In this document: one piece after another, positions 35,914-45,723 of the stretch
How positions within the stretch are numbered: the stretch's first letter is position 1
Layout: every line of letters begins with the position of its first letter
Source: an uncultured Pseudonocardiaceae bacterium
Lineage (GTDB): Bacteria > Actinomycetota > Actinomycetes > Mycobacteriales > Pseudonocardiaceae
Length of the DNA: 64,000 nt
Direction of reading: 5' to 3'
Assembly (NCBI GenBank): GCA_964250265.1
Contig: CAXUFG010000001.1
Coordinates: forward strand, 305-64,304
Notes under the pieces: generated by a model
What the model saw: the letters and a program-made list of their open reading frames with translations, nothing else
Databases searched by the model: none
Told to the model about the DNA's origin: nothing
Made by a program: the position numbers and the translations under genes

Positions 35914-35942
35914 AGATTACGAAAAGTCACCGACACTGTCAC
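35914..35942 (-). promoter_or_regulatory. Candidate sigma-70-type promoter for the riboswitch/NlpC-P60 transcript
   Basis: The minus strand reads GTGACA-17 nt-TAATCT in an AT-richer patch about 90 nt upstream of the riboswitch core. This is a pattern match only. Confidence 0.25.
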
Positions 35943-36026
35943 CACCGACGCGCCAGCAATAAGACAAAAGTGGCCGCTGGGCACGATGGACGTCATCACC
36001 CACGGAGCAGTGTTCGGTTCCACCGA

Positions 36027-36323
36027 TCAGCTTACGTACCGCCGAGACCGCTCAACGCCCCTCGCAGACCGCTCAACGCCGTCGGGCTGGTGGTCACCGC
36101 AATCGGACCCTGCCGCGCCTGTTCTGTGCACCTCGTAACGATCCACCAGTTGCAAGCGCGGCACCATGCCGGCCTCAGCCAGGGTGTCCAGCGCCCAACG
36201 CTCAGTACCGTCGAACTCGACACCACCGGGCGGCGTGCCCAGCAGGGCGGTGATGACACAGTCCTGGCAGGCGCCACCACGCACGGCACACCGGTCGCAA
36301 TCCACAATCATGTCGGGCTCCAT
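36027..36323 (-). CDS. Small Cys-rich hypothetical protein
   Basis: ORF 36027..36371, with likely starts at ATG 36323 or 36311 (M-IVDCDRCAVRGGACQDCVITALLG...). GC3 stays high through about codon 75 and then decays. The four Cys are arranged C-x2-C-x6-C-x2-C. Confidence 0.4.
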   Translation of the reverse strand: MEPDMIVDCDRCAVRGGACQDCVITALLGTPPGGVEFDGTERWALDTLAEAGMVPRLQLVDRYEVHRTGAAGSDCGDHQPDGVERSARGVERSRRYVS

Positions 36324-36416
36324 CTCGCTCGTGATCTCGTCACTGCGGACGGTAGACCGCACCACCGACATTCTCGCGCCAGCGATACTCCTGATCCGGT
36401 AGCTGGTGGACAGCGG

Positions 36417-37454
36417 TCAGCCGATCCGGCGGATCGCTGTCACCTCGCGCCATGGGACTCTGGCGACCTTCACCACATCGCCACTCTGCGGGGCGTTGAT
36501 GTAAAGACCGTTTCCGACGTAGATGCCGATGTGGCTCACCGGCGAGTACAGCGCAATGAGATCACCGGGTAAGAGGGCTGAAACCACCGCGGTGCCCACC
36601 CTGGCCTGGTCGAAGGCCACCCTCGGTAGGCTAACCCCAGCCTGACGGTAGGCCCACATCACCAGACCCGAGCAATCAAAGGTACCTGGCCCTTCGGCGC
36701 CCCAGATGTAGGGCGCTCCCTGCCGGGTCAACGCGGCACGCAGAGCTCTGATTCCCAGAGTGTCACCGACCAGGTCAATCGGGTAGTCGGTGAATCCTTC
36801 GGAGGCATAGTGGGCGAACTCGTCGGCGGTGAGTTTGCCAAGACGCTCCTGCACCAGGTTGATCTGGCGGCCCATCTCTAGCCGGGCCTTCGCCACATCG
36901 CCGGCAATCCGAGCGGCATCGAGTTCCGCGACGGCCGCACGCGTCTCGGCGTCGGTGGCAGCAAGCTCTGCCTGCTCGGTACGCGCGACAGCGCCGGCCA
37001 GCTTGTCCATCGCCGTTCGGTTACTCACCGCCAGCACATCCAACGCAGACATCTGATCCATGAACTGCTGCGGCGAATCACTGATCAACATGGCGGTCAA
37101 GCTGCTGATACGGACGCCCTCGAACGTGGCGCTGGTCAGCCGATCCACCTGTGCGCGGAACTCGCGCTGGGCCGCACGGGCCTGGTCAGCCGTGGCAGTA
37201 GCGGCTGCTACATCGCGATGCGCCCGGTCGGCATCGGCCTGACGGGCCAGCAGCCGATCGCTAGCCAACTTCCACTGCTCGGTGATCACCTCAGCCTGAC
37301 GGCTCAACGCACGAGCCTCAGTAACGGTCCCCGTCGGATCGGGTGCGGGGGCGGGATCGGCGGCCGCGGTCGCTGGTGGCATGCTCAGCACGGCAGCGAA
37401 GGCCACGCCAGCCGCCACGTTACGGAGCACGCGGTTCTGACGATGGAACACCAC
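36417..37454 (-). CDS. Secreted coiled-coil + NlpC/P60 peptidoglycan endopeptidase (RipA/RipC-like), paralog 2
   Basis: ORF 36417..37595 was trimmed to the GTG at 37454, preceded by AGGAGAAG. It has a signal peptide VAAGVAFAAVLSMPPATAAADP, a coiled-coil and an NlpC/P60 domain (YIWGAEGPGTFDCSGLVMWAY...SHIGIYVGNG). It is clearly alignable with paralog 1. Confidence 0.85.
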   Translation of the reverse strand: MVFHRQNRVLRNVAAGVAFAAVLSMPPATAAADPAPAPDPTGTVTEARALSRQAEVITEQWKLASDRLLARQADADRAHRDVAAATATADQARAAQREFRAQVDRLTSATFEGVRISSLTAMLISDSPQQFMDQMSALDVLAVSNRTAMDKLAGAVARTEQAELAATDAETRAAVAELDAARIAGDVAKARLEMGRQINLVQERLGKLTADEFAHYASEGFTDYPIDLVGDTLGIRALRAALTRQGAPYIWGAEGPGTFDCSGLVMWAYRQAGVSLPRVAFDQARVGTAVVSALLPGDLIALYSPVSHIGIYVGNGLYINAPQSGDVVKVARVPWREVTAIRRIG

Positions 37455-37680
37455 CAGCGGACTTCTCCTATTCTCGGACCACAGGCCCGAAGGCGTGACT
37501 CTTAACGGGAGATCATCCCGCTTATTTGACGTAACGGCCCAATGAGCCACATGGTCGCGTCTCTTCACTCCAAAGAAGTTGCGACGCCACTCCACGGCGG
37601 CACAATCTTGTCTACCATTACACTGCGTTACAACAAATCAAAGGTGCTTAGAGTCGCCTGCTGGTCAGCGGTGTCCTGCG

Positions 37681-38742
37681 TCAGCGCAGCGTTGCAGACA
37701 GCTCATTGGCTAGGCCCATCCAGCGCTCCAGCAGGGCCGCTGCGGCACCGGAGTCAACGGCTTGGGCGGCACGCTGAGCCATTTCTGGAAAATTGTCGAG
37801 CAGATCCCCGGCGAGTCCGCGGTGGGCGACAAGCGCCGCGGCGGCGTTGAGCAACACCGCGTCCCGCACCGGACCGGGATCTCCGGCGAGCAGCCGTCGC
37901 ACCGCGTCAGCATTGGCCGCGGCGTCACCACCACGTAGATCCTCCCGCCGGCCCACCGGCACGCCCAGCACAACCGGGTCCAGCTGATCACGCCTGACGA
38001 CCCCGCCCTCGACCACCCACACCGAGGTAGTGGTCGTGGTGGTGACCTCGTCGAGCCCATCGTCACCCCGAACGACCAGCGCACTGACGCCACGATCGGC
38101 GAGCACTTGGGCAATCACCGGCGCCATTCGCAGGTTCGCGCAGCCCACCAGTGCAGCCGCGGGTTGCGCCGGGTTGGTCAACGGCCCGAGAAAGTTGAAC
38201 GCCGTGGGGACACCAATCTCTCGGCGCACTCCGGCTGCGTGCCGCAGCGCGGGATGAAACAGAGGTGCAAAGCAGAACCCGATTCCTACCTCGGCGACGC
38301 ACTGCGCCACCTGATCCGGGCCGAGGTCGATCGCGACACCGAGTGCTTCGAGCACATCCGCGGCACCGCATTGGGAGGACGCCGCACGGTTGCCGTGCTT
38401 GACCACCGGTGCACCAGCAGCTGCGGTCACCAGGGCGGCCATCGTTGAGATGTTGACGGTGTGTGCTTGGTCACCCCCGGTGCCGACGACGTCCACCGCT
38501 CGCTGGGGTAGGTGCACCCGGCACGCGTGGGAAAGCAGACCTGCGGCCAGACCGGCGATCTCCGCCGGAGTTTCACCCTTGACTCGCAGTGCCACCACGA
38601 ATGCGGCCACCTGCGCGGCAGTAGCCGCCCCTGACATCACCTGATCCATCGCCCAGGTCGTGTCCTGAGTATCCAGATCTGTACCGGCGATCAGCTGGGC
38701 GAGCAGCACTGGCCAGGTGCGGGAACGGGTCGGCGCCACCAT
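37681..38742 (-). CDS. trpD: Anthranilate phosphoribosyltransferase
   Basis: 353 aa, with [19 protein letters not shown] and [21 protein letters not shown] motifs. Confidence 0.95.
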   Translation of the reverse strand: MVAPTRSRTWPVLLAQLIAGTDLDTQDTTWAMDQVMSGAATAAQVAAFVVALRVKGETPAEIAGLAAGLLSHACRVHLPQRAVDVVGTGGDQAHTVNISTMAALVTAAAGAPVVKHGNRAASSQCGAADVLEALGVAIDLGPDQVAQCVAEVGIGFCFAPLFHPALRHAAGVRREIGVPTAFNFLGPLTNPAQPAAALVGCANLRMAPVIAQVLADRGVSALVVRGDDGLDEVTTTTTTSVWVVEGGVVRRDQLDPVVLGVPVGRREDLRGGDAAANADAVRRLLAGDPGPVRDAVLLNAAAALVAHRGLAGDLLDNFPEMAQRAAQAVDSGAAAALLERWMGLANELSATLR

Positions 38743-38754
38743 GCTGGGAGATCC

Positions 38755-39171
38755 TCAGCCGTGTGCTGTTCGGGGCCGGTGCGAGCGCAGCACCTCAGCA
38801 ACGGTCTCGGCGGCGGCCAACGGATCGAGCGGATGCACAATCACGGCGTCGGCCTGCGACCAGACCGCCAACCAGCGATCGTCCCGGCGTTTCACCGAAA
38901 TGATCACCGGCGGACATTGCGCGATCTCATTCTTGAGCTGCCGAGACAGGCCCATCCCTCCGGTGGGTTGCGCCTCGCCGTCGAGGATGGCCAGACCAAC
39001 GCGACCCGCGTCGACCTCGGTCAGCACCTCGGCGATCGTGCCGGCCTCGACATACTGCACGCGACCGACATCCGCCGCAGGACGCCGCCCGACAGCGTTG
39101 ATGATGGCCTCGCGCACCTCTGGACGGTGGCTGAATACCAGTACTGTGGTGGCGTCGCTTGGGACGTTCAT
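38755..39171 (-). CDS. Stand-alone receiver-like (pseudo-receiver) protein
   Basis: 138 aa with a CheY-like alternating pattern (TVLVFSH / GLAILDGEAQPTGGMGLSRQLK / PVIISVK / AVIVHP). The beta1 acidic pair is replaced by S-H and the beta5 Lys by His. It ends 12 bp upstream of the trpD start. Confidence 0.5.
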   Translation of the reverse strand: MNVPSDATTVLVFSHRPEVREAIINAVGRRPAADVGRVQYVEAGTIAEVLTEVDAGRVGLAILDGEAQPTGGMGLSRQLKNEIAQCPPVIISVKRRDDRWLAVWSQADAVIVHPLDPLAAAETVAEVLRSHRPRTAHG

Positions 39172-39608
39172 CCGGTGTTCGTGGCCCTCGCTGTCCTAGT
39201 GCGTGCTATGTCGCTGTCTATCGGTTGCTGCATGTCCGGGGTCCCCCGCTGCCGGGCGCGCGGCCGGGGTGAATCGTAGTACGGACGATAACCGTCCCTC
39301 GAAACGTGTCGAGACGTTACCTGGAGTCGCCATCTCGGGGGCGACGTCGGCTCATGATCTGAGCCTTCCACCAGCGGCACCCCCAGTGGCCGATGGTGGC
39401 GGTCTAAGTGGTTCCCAGCGGTCAGTTCACCTCCCGGTCCAACTGACCGCGGACGACCTGATCGGCAAGCGCAGCCAGGTTCCGGCTTGACCCCGCGTGT
39501 TATCCTGCTGCCCGCGAACAACAGCTTGAGCGGTCACCAGGATTGAATCGTCACTTTGGCGGCATCCGGGCGGCCCCGGTACGGCCGCCGTCTGCACCTT
39601 TCGTCATA

Positions 39609-40244
39609 ATGCTCAGCGTGACCTCGTCGAGCCTGGCAGGGCCCTCCATCAGCCAGCGGGTGCACTCGCTGAACAGACCCAACATGGTCAGCGTCGGCAC
39701 CATCGTCTGGTTGTCCAGCGAGCTGATGTTCTTCGCGGGCCTGTTCGCGATGTTCTTCACGGTGAAGGCGCAGCACGATGGACCGTGGCCACCGATCCTC
39801 GCAGCCACCGGGGAACCGATCATCCTCAACAAGCCCTACGCGCTGGTGGTCACCATCATCCTGGTGTCCTCCTCGTTCACCTGCCAGTGGGGGGTGTTCA
39901 AGGCTGAACAGGGCGATGTATTCGGGTTGCGCCTCTGGTACACGATCACCCTCATCATGGGCACCCTGTTCGTCCTGGGGCAGGCCAACGAGTACCGCAA
40001 CCTCGTCCACGAGGGCGTCACGATCCCCTCAGGGGCCTACGGCACCGTGTTCTACCTCACCACCGGATTTCACGGCTTGCACGTGACCGGCGGGCTGATC
40101 GCGTTCATCATCCTCATGGTTCGCACCAAGCTGAGCAAGTTCACTCCGGCTCAAGCCACCGCCGCAATCGTCGTGTCCTACTACTGGCACTTCGTCGATG
40201 TGGTATGGATCGGTCTATTCGCCACTATCTACTTCTTGCCCTGA
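39609..40244 (+). CDS. ctaE: Cytochrome c oxidase (aa3) subunit III
   Basis: [32 protein letters not shown] matches mycobacterial CtaE. ORF 39543..40244 was trimmed to the ATG at 39609. Confidence 0.9.
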   Translation: MLSVTSSSLAGPSISQRVHSLNRPNMVSVGTIVWLSSELMFFAGLFAMFFTVKAQHDGPWPPILAATGEPIILNKPYALVVTIILVSSSFTCQWGVFKAEQGDVFGLRLWYTITLIMGTLFVLGQANEYRNLVHEGVTIPSGAYGTVFYLTTGFHGLHVTGGLIAFIILMVRTKLSKFTPAQATAAIVVSYYWHFVDVVWIGLFATIYFLP

Positions 40245-40332
40245 GTACCGCCCGTCGGAGGCCGTTGCGGGGGGCCCTGATCGGTCCGCGCACCGAACAA
40301 CACAGCACAACACAGCAGGGGTAGCCAGACTG

Positions 40333-41187
40333 ATGACCAGCGCCACACCCGACGCCCAACCGGGCGCGAACGGATCGAAGCCAACCAGGTCATCAGGCCC
40401 GGGAGCGAAGCGGGGACCACGCGGCCGGGTGCATCGCCGATTGGCCGGGATGCTCGCACTCGCCGTGGCCTTGCTGGCCACCGGCGGGCTCTACGTGGTA
40501 TTCGCACCGCAGCCGCAGACCGCGCGAGCCCAGGCCGATCCAGCTCTGGTTCGCCAGGGCGAGCAGCTCTACAACAACGCCTGTATCAGCTGCCATGGAT
40601 CGAACCTACAGGGAGTGACAGATCGGGGACCAAGCCTGATCGGGGTCGGCGAAGCTGCCGTGTACTTCCAGGTCTCCACCGGCCGGATGCCCGCGTCGCG
40701 GCAGGAAGCGCAGGTCGCCGAGAAGCCGGTCAAATTCAGCCCCCAGGAGATCGACGCGCTCGGTGCCTTCGTGCAGGCCAACGGAGGGGGGCCCGTGGTG
40801 CCCAAGGAAAACCTCGCGGGCGGCGATGCGGCCAGGGGCGGCGACCTGTTCCGGCTCAACTGCGCGTCCTGTCACCAGTTCACCGGGCGCGGTATCTCCC
40901 TCTCATCCGGTAAGTACGCACCCGCGATCAAGGATGTGAATCCCCAACAGATCTACACCGCAATGGTCAGCGGGCCGCAGAGCATGCCCCGGTTCTCCGA
41001 CCGGCAGCTGACGCCGGAGCAAAAGCGGGACATCATTGCATACGTGGAGTCGATCACTGAGGAGCGCAACAACCCGGGTGGCTACTCCCTTGGTGGTTAC
41101 GGGCCGGTATCGGAGGGCCTGATCGCCTGGATCGTTGGGATCGCGGCGCTGGTCGGTGTCACGCTGTGGATCGGAGCGAAGGCATGA
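40333..41187 (+). CDS. qcrC: Cytochrome bc1 complex diheme cytochrome c subunit
   Basis: Two CxxCH motifs (CISCHG, CASCHQ) and a C-terminal TM anchor. ORF 40198..41187 was trimmed to the ATG at 40333. Confidence 0.9.
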   Translation: MTSATPDAQPGANGSKPTRSSGPGAKRGPRGRVHRRLAGMLALAVALLATGGLYVVFAPQPQTARAQADPALVRQGEQLYNNACISCHGSNLQGVTDRGPSLIGVGEAAVYFQVSTGRMPASRQEAQVAEKPVKFSPQEIDALGAFVQANGGGPVVPKENLAGGDAARGGDLFRLNCASCHQFTGRGISLSSGKYAPAIKDVNPQQIYTAMVSGPQSMPRFSDRQLTPEQKRDIIAYVESITEERNNPGGYSLGGYGPVSEGLIAWIVGIAALVGVTLWIGAKA

Positions 41188-42299
41188 GTAGCCACGAGCG
41201 CCAGCTCCCGAGTGATGCCGATCTCGCGACCGCGAGCCGGGAAGACCTGGTCCGCCTCGGTTTGGCACTGGATGGCGTGACCATCGCGCACCGGGAGGAT
41301 CCATTCCCGATACCGGGTACCCGTGCGGAGAAGCGCACCGAACGCAAGATTGCGCGATGGTTCATCATCGCTGCCCTGGCCGGGCTGGTTTTTCTGGCCG
41401 CCTATCTGTTCTGGCCCTTCGAGTACGCGCCGCCCGGCAGCCCAGGCGGCCGGCACCAGCTCTACCAGCTCTACACCCCGATCATCGGCGTGTTTTTCGG
41501 GTTGGCGGTGTTTGCCGTAGGAGCTGGGACGATTGCCTACGCCAAGCTCCTGCTCCCGCACGAGACCGCGGTGCAGGAGCGCCACGTCGGTGGCTCCTCA
41601 GCGGTTGACCGGGCGACCATCGGCGCGATCCTGGCCGACTCAGGCGCCCGGAGCGGCATCGCACGGCGATCTCTGATCAAGCGGGCGGCCGGGCTCGGGG
41701 CCGCCGTCCTCGGCGCCGGACTGGGGGTCTTCGCCCTGGGCGGTCTGGTGCGCAACCCGTGGAAGGGCGGTGACCAGGCCGCGCTGTGGGTCACGCCGTG
41801 GCGTTCGCCTAATGGCGAACCGGTATTCCTGCGATATGACTCCGAGAAACTCGCCCTGGCGCGCCCCGAAGACCTCGCCGCCGGCAGCATCGCGACCGTC
41901 TTCCCCTACAAACGCTCCTGGTCGGAGAAGGAGGCCCACACTGCGCTGCGCGCTTCCGACAGCCCGGTGATGCTCATCCGGTTGCGTCCTGAGCAGGCAG
42001 CCCAGGTGGTCCAGCGCAAGGGGCAGGTCGGGTTCCACTACGGCGACTTCTACGCGTATTCGAAGATCTGCACCCACCTCGGCTGCCCCGCTTCGCTGTA
42101 CGAGGCCCAGACCGCTCGGCTGCTCTGTCCATGCCACCAATCGCAGTTCAACATGCTCGAGTACGCCAAGCCGGTGTTCGGCCCTGCTACCCGGGCCTTG
42201 CCTCAGCTGCACATCGACGTGAACGATGAGGGATACTTCTATGCCAAGGGCGACTTCATCGAGCCCGTAGGACCAGCGTTCTGGGAGCGGAGGTCATGA
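41184..42299 (+). CDS. qcrA: Cytochrome bc1 complex Rieske iron-sulfur subunit
   Basis: Rieske motifs CTHLGCP and CPCHQSQF. The ATG at 41184 overlaps the qcrC stop (ATGA). Confidence 0.9.
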   Translation: MSSHERQLPSDADLATASREDLVRLGLALDGVTIAHREDPFPIPGTRAEKRTERKIARWFIIAALAGLVFLAAYLFWPFEYAPPGSPGGRHQLYQLYTPIIGVFFGLAVFAVGAGTIAYAKLLLPHETAVQERHVGGSSAVDRATIGAILADSGARSGIARRSLIKRAAGLGAAVLGAGLGVFALGGLVRNPWKGGDQAALWVTPWRSPNGEPVFLRYDSEKLALARPEDLAAGSIATVFPYKRSWSEKEAHTALRASDSPVMLIRLRPEQAAQVVQRKGQVGFHYGDFYAYSKICTHLGCPASLYEAQTARLLCPCHQSQFNMLEYAKPVFGPATRALPQLHIDVNDEGYFYAKGDFIEPVGPAFWERRS

Positions 42300-43972
42300 G
42301 CGAGATGTCGACCCCGACCGAACCGGCCACCTCCGGCGGTCTCGCTGCCCGGGCGGGTAAGACTGCCGACGAGCTGGACCAGCGGTTCCATTTGGCCTCG
42401 GGCATGCGCCGGCAGATGAACAAGGTCTTCCCGACGCACTGGTCGTTCATGCTCGGTGAGATCGCGATGAACACCTTCATCGTGCTGCTGCTGTCCGGGA
42501 CATACCTGACACTGTTCTTCGACCCCTCCATGGAGGAGGTCACCTACAACGGCGTCTACTCGAACCTCCGCGGGATCGAGATGTCCCGGGCGTACGCATC
42601 GACGCTGGAGCTCTCCTTCGACGTCCGTGGTGGACTGTTCATCCGGCAGGTGCACCACTGGGCAGCGCTGCTGTTCGTCGCCGCCATCGTCGCCCACATG
42701 TTCCGCACCTTCTTCACCGGTGCGTTCCGCAAGCCGCGGGAGACGAACTGGGCAATCGGCGTGACCATCGCGATCCTGGCGGGCCTTGAGGGCCTGACCG
42801 GCTACTCGCTGCCTGATGACCTGCTCTCGGGAACCGGGCTCAGGATCATCTCCGCGATAACCATGTCACCACCGGTGATCGGCACCTGGGCGCACTGGGC
42901 GATCTTCGGCGGCGAGTTCCCCGGCAACATGATCATTCCTCGGTTCTTCATCGTGCACGTGCTGATCGTCCCTGGCATTCTCTTCGCCCTCATCGCCGTG
43001 CACCTCGCACTCGTCTGGTACCAGAAACACACCCAGTTCCCCGGACCAGGCCGCACCGAGCGAAATGTGGTCGGCGTCCGTATTGTGCCGTTCTTCGCGA
43101 CCAAGGCCACCGGCTTCGCCATGGCGAACATCGGTGTGATCTGCATCATGGCGGGGCTGTTCCAGATCAACCCGATTTGGAACTTCGGCCCGTACAACCC
43201 GGCCCAGGTCTCGGCGGCTTCCCAACCCGACTGGTACGTGGGTTGGCTCGATGGCTCAACCCGGCTGTGGCCGGCCTGGGAGATCTACCTGGGCAACTAT
43301 CTGATCCCCGCATCGTTCTGGCCGACGATGGTGATCCCCGGCATCATGTTCGGCCTGGCCTTCGGATACCCGGCTATCGAGCGCAAGCTCACCAAGGACT
43401 ACGCCTCGCACAACCTGCTGCAGCGTCCCCGGGACGTCCCGGTACGCACCGGCTTGGGCATGATGGCGATCTCGTTCATGTTCGTGCTGTTGCTCTCTGG
43501 CGGCAACGACGTCATCGCCTACACGTTCGACATCTCATTGAACGCCACGACGTGGGCAGGCCGCATCGGCATGCTGTTGCTGCCTCCGATCGCGTACTAC
43601 CTCACCTACCGGATCTGCCTCGGGCTTCAGCGGGCCGACCGGGCCATTCTCGAACACGGGATTGAGACTGGCATCATCAAGCGGCTACCCCATGGTGAGT
43701 TCATCGAGGTGCACCAGCCTCTCGGCGGTGTCGACGCCCACGGCCACCCCATCCCGCTCGCCTACCAGGGCGCGCGGGTGCCCAAGCGGATGAATCAGCT
43801 GGGCTCGGCTGGTAGTCCGGTGCCCGGCTCTATCTTCCGACCGGATCCCTCGGAGCAAACGAGAGCGCTCGAGCACGCTCGCCACGACGGAGCGCAAGCC
43901 AATGGCGAGGGGACCACTACCAACGGAGCCGGCCGCAAACTGGCCGGTAGGCCAAAACAACCCAGCGACTAA
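42296..43972 (+). CDS. qcrB: Cytochrome bc1 complex cytochrome b subunit
   Basis: 558 aa, polytopic, with heme-ligand His context (RQVHHWAA..., IVHVLIVPG). The ATG overlaps the qcrA stop (ATGA). Confidence 0.9.
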   Translation: MSEMSTPTEPATSGGLAARAGKTADELDQRFHLASGMRRQMNKVFPTHWSFMLGEIAMNTFIVLLLSGTYLTLFFDPSMEEVTYNGVYSNLRGIEMSRAYASTLELSFDVRGGLFIRQVHHWAALLFVAAIVAHMFRTFFTGAFRKPRETNWAIGVTIAILAGLEGLTGYSLPDDLLSGTGLRIISAITMSPPVIGTWAHWAIFGGEFPGNMIIPRFFIVHVLIVPGILFALIAVHLALVWYQKHTQFPGPGRTERNVVGVRIVPFFATKATGFAMANIGVICIMAGLFQINPIWNFGPYNPAQVSAASQPDWYVGWLDGSTRLWPAWEIYLGNYLIPASFWPTMVIPGIMFGLAFGYPAIERKLTKDYASHNLLQRPRDVPVRTGLGMMAISFMFVLLLSGGNDVIAYTFDISLNATTWAGRIGMLLLPPIAYYLTYRICLGLQRADRAILEHGIETGIIKRLPHGEFIEVHQPLGGVDAHGHPIPLAYQGARVPKRMNQLGSAGSPVPGSIFRPDPSEQTRALEHARHDGAQANGEGTTTNGAGRKLAGRPKQPSD

Positions 43973-44048
43973 CCCCGGCTGAGTGTTCTCGTTCAGTTAC
44001 CAGGCAGGCAGCCGGCCATCCCTAAGGTGCAGGAAGGTGCAGGTCAAC

Positions 44049-44070
44049 TCTCAGGTGAAGTCACCTGAGA
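44049..44070. terminator. Perfect 10-bp palindrome in the qcrB/ctaF convergent spacer (candidate bidirectional terminator)
   Basis: TCTCAGGTGA-AG-TCACCTGAGA, preceded by a 10-bp tandem duplication aaggtgcagg x2 (44024..44043). There is no clear U-tract. Confidence 0.35.
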
Positions 44071-44087
44071 TCATCACCGGCGCGAGC

Positions 44088-44489
44088 TCACTCAGCTTTC
44101 GGGCCGATGTGGTATTCGAAGACAAGCCCGGCAACTGTGCCGATCACCAGTGCGACACCAATCGCAACCATCCACCACAGGTTGAGAGCGAGGGCGTAAC
44201 CGAGCACGCTCGCTCCCAGTGCCATCCCGAACGGCCAGTAACTGCCTGGGGAGAAGAACCCTAGCTCACCAGCGCCATCCGAGATCTCAGCCTCGATGTT
44301 GTCTTCTGGACGCATCCGGACCCGCCGGGAGACAAACCGGAAGTAGGTGCCGACGATGAGGGTCAGCCCACCGGTCAGGGTTATCGCTGCCGACCCGACC
44401 GGCTCGCCATGCGACCAGAGACCGTAGATCACCGCGGACGCGAAAAAGAATGCTGTGATGATCTCGAAGATCCGGGCCTCGACCCTCAT
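44088..44489 (-). CDS. ctaF: Cytochrome c oxidase polypeptide 4
   Basis: MRVEARIFEIITAFFFASAVIYGLWSHGEPVG is the typical actinobacterial CtaF. It lies immediately downstream of ctaC. Confidence 0.85.
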   Translation of the reverse strand: MRVEARIFEIITAFFFASAVIYGLWSHGEPVGSAAITLTGGLTLIVGTYFRFVSRRVRMRPEDNIEAEISDGAGELGFFSPGSYWPFGMALGASVLGYALALNLWWMVAIGVALVIGTVAGLVFEYHIGPKAE

Positions 44490-44554
44490 GGTGCTGCCTC
44501 ACTCTCGAACCTGCGCCAAGCTCGAACCTGCCAACGACCGCCTCGTGATGAATG

Positions 44555-45562
44555 CTAATGGCCATCCCGGGACTGGCGCACTTCACGGATGGTGCGATCG
44601 GTGTCGAACGGGGCGGTGGTCACTGCCCTGGGGGCACACAGCTCGCCACAATTCAGCTGGGCGAGCGCCTCGCCAGCGCTGTACGCGCGACGGGTCTGCG
44701 GGTTGGTCTGAGCCCGTAAGGCCAGATACCGATCGAAGAGAGCCGGAGCCAACGCCCGAACCTCGAAATTCATCATTGAGTGGTAGGTGCCGCACAACTC
44801 GGCGCAGCGACCGACAAACGCACCTTGTCGCTGCACCGTGGTCTGGAATACGCTGTCGGTATCGTTTTTCTCCGGGTTCGGAAAGACGTCACGCTTGAAG
44901 AGGAAGTCCGGAATGTAGAACGAGTGCAGGACGTCCGTGGACTCGATGCGGTACTCCACGACGCGATTTGTAGGAACCACCAATAGTGGGATGGTGTTAG
45001 ACGAGCCGACGGTGGACAGCGGCTCGCCGTCGTCGGTCCGTCGTACCTGGTAGACACCACCGTTGCCCGGTCGCTCCTGCAGGTATTGGAACTCCCAGTT
45101 CCACTGGAAGCCGATGACCCTGACCCGCAGGTCGGGGTTGTCGACTTTGGCGTTGACGAAATTCTGCGCAGTCACCGTAAAGTAGAAGAGCACCGCGACG
45201 ATCACGAACGGGATGACCGTATATATGATTTCCAGGGGCAGGTTGTACTGCGTCTGCCGGGGCATCTCGTCAGACTTTTTCCGGTGGAAGGTCACTGTCC
45301 AGACTATTAACAAAGCGACGATCAGCCCCACTGCCAGGGCCGCGACCGTCGCCCAGATCCATAGTGAACGCATCCGCTCAGCCTGCGGAGTGACCCCCTG
45401 CGGCCAGCCGAACGAGAAAGCCTGATATACCGAGCACCCCGAGGAGACGAAGGCGATCATGCTGGCCAACCCGGCCACCTTCAGCAGCCGCACGGCACGG
45501 GAACGGACCACGCCGATCACGCCCTGTTCCTCCTCGTTGACCCGAGCGCCTAGCCAGCCCAC
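44555..45562 (-). CDS. ctaC: Cytochrome c oxidase subunit II
   Basis: CuA site HSFYIPDF...CAELCGTYHSMM, and lipobox VSSGCS. GTG start at 45562, with alternatives at 45511/45508. Confidence 0.9.
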   Translation of the reverse strand: MGWLGARVNEEEQGVIGVVRSRAVRLLKVAGLASMIAFVSSGCSVYQAFSFGWPQGVTPQAERMRSLWIWATVAALAVGLIVALLIVWTVTFHRKKSDEMPRQTQYNLPLEIIYTVIPFVIVAVLFYFTVTAQNFVNAKVDNPDLRVRVIGFQWNWEFQYLQERPGNGGVYQVRRTDDGEPLSTVGSSNTIPLLVVPTNRVVEYRIESTDVLHSFYIPDFLFKRDVFPNPEKNDTDSVFQTTVQRQGAFVGRCAELCGTYHSMMNFEVRALAPALFDRYLALRAQTNPQTRRAYSAGEALAQLNCGELCAPRAVTTAPFDTDRTIREVRQSRDGH

Positions 45563-45723
45563 TGACTGGAGAGCCTAACCCAGCGCGACGGTCGCAGCTC
45601 GGCCGGGGCGTGCATTGCCTAGCGTCCCAGGCGGCATACTGGGCCGCCTCAATACTGGGTCGCCATGGCTCCATGGAGCCGACAGGTTCCGGCCGGGTCG
45701 GCCGCTGATGGGAGGGCGAGCGG

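Noticed and set aside
39172-39608. ORFs 39203..39490 (+) and 39168..39521 (-) in the long spacer between the pseudo-receiver gene and ctaE, and a possible sRNA there.
   Set aside because: The predicted products are low-complexity with no motifs and poor coding character. I could find no tRNA-like or known sRNA motif. The spacer is noted under the pseudo-receiver finding instead.
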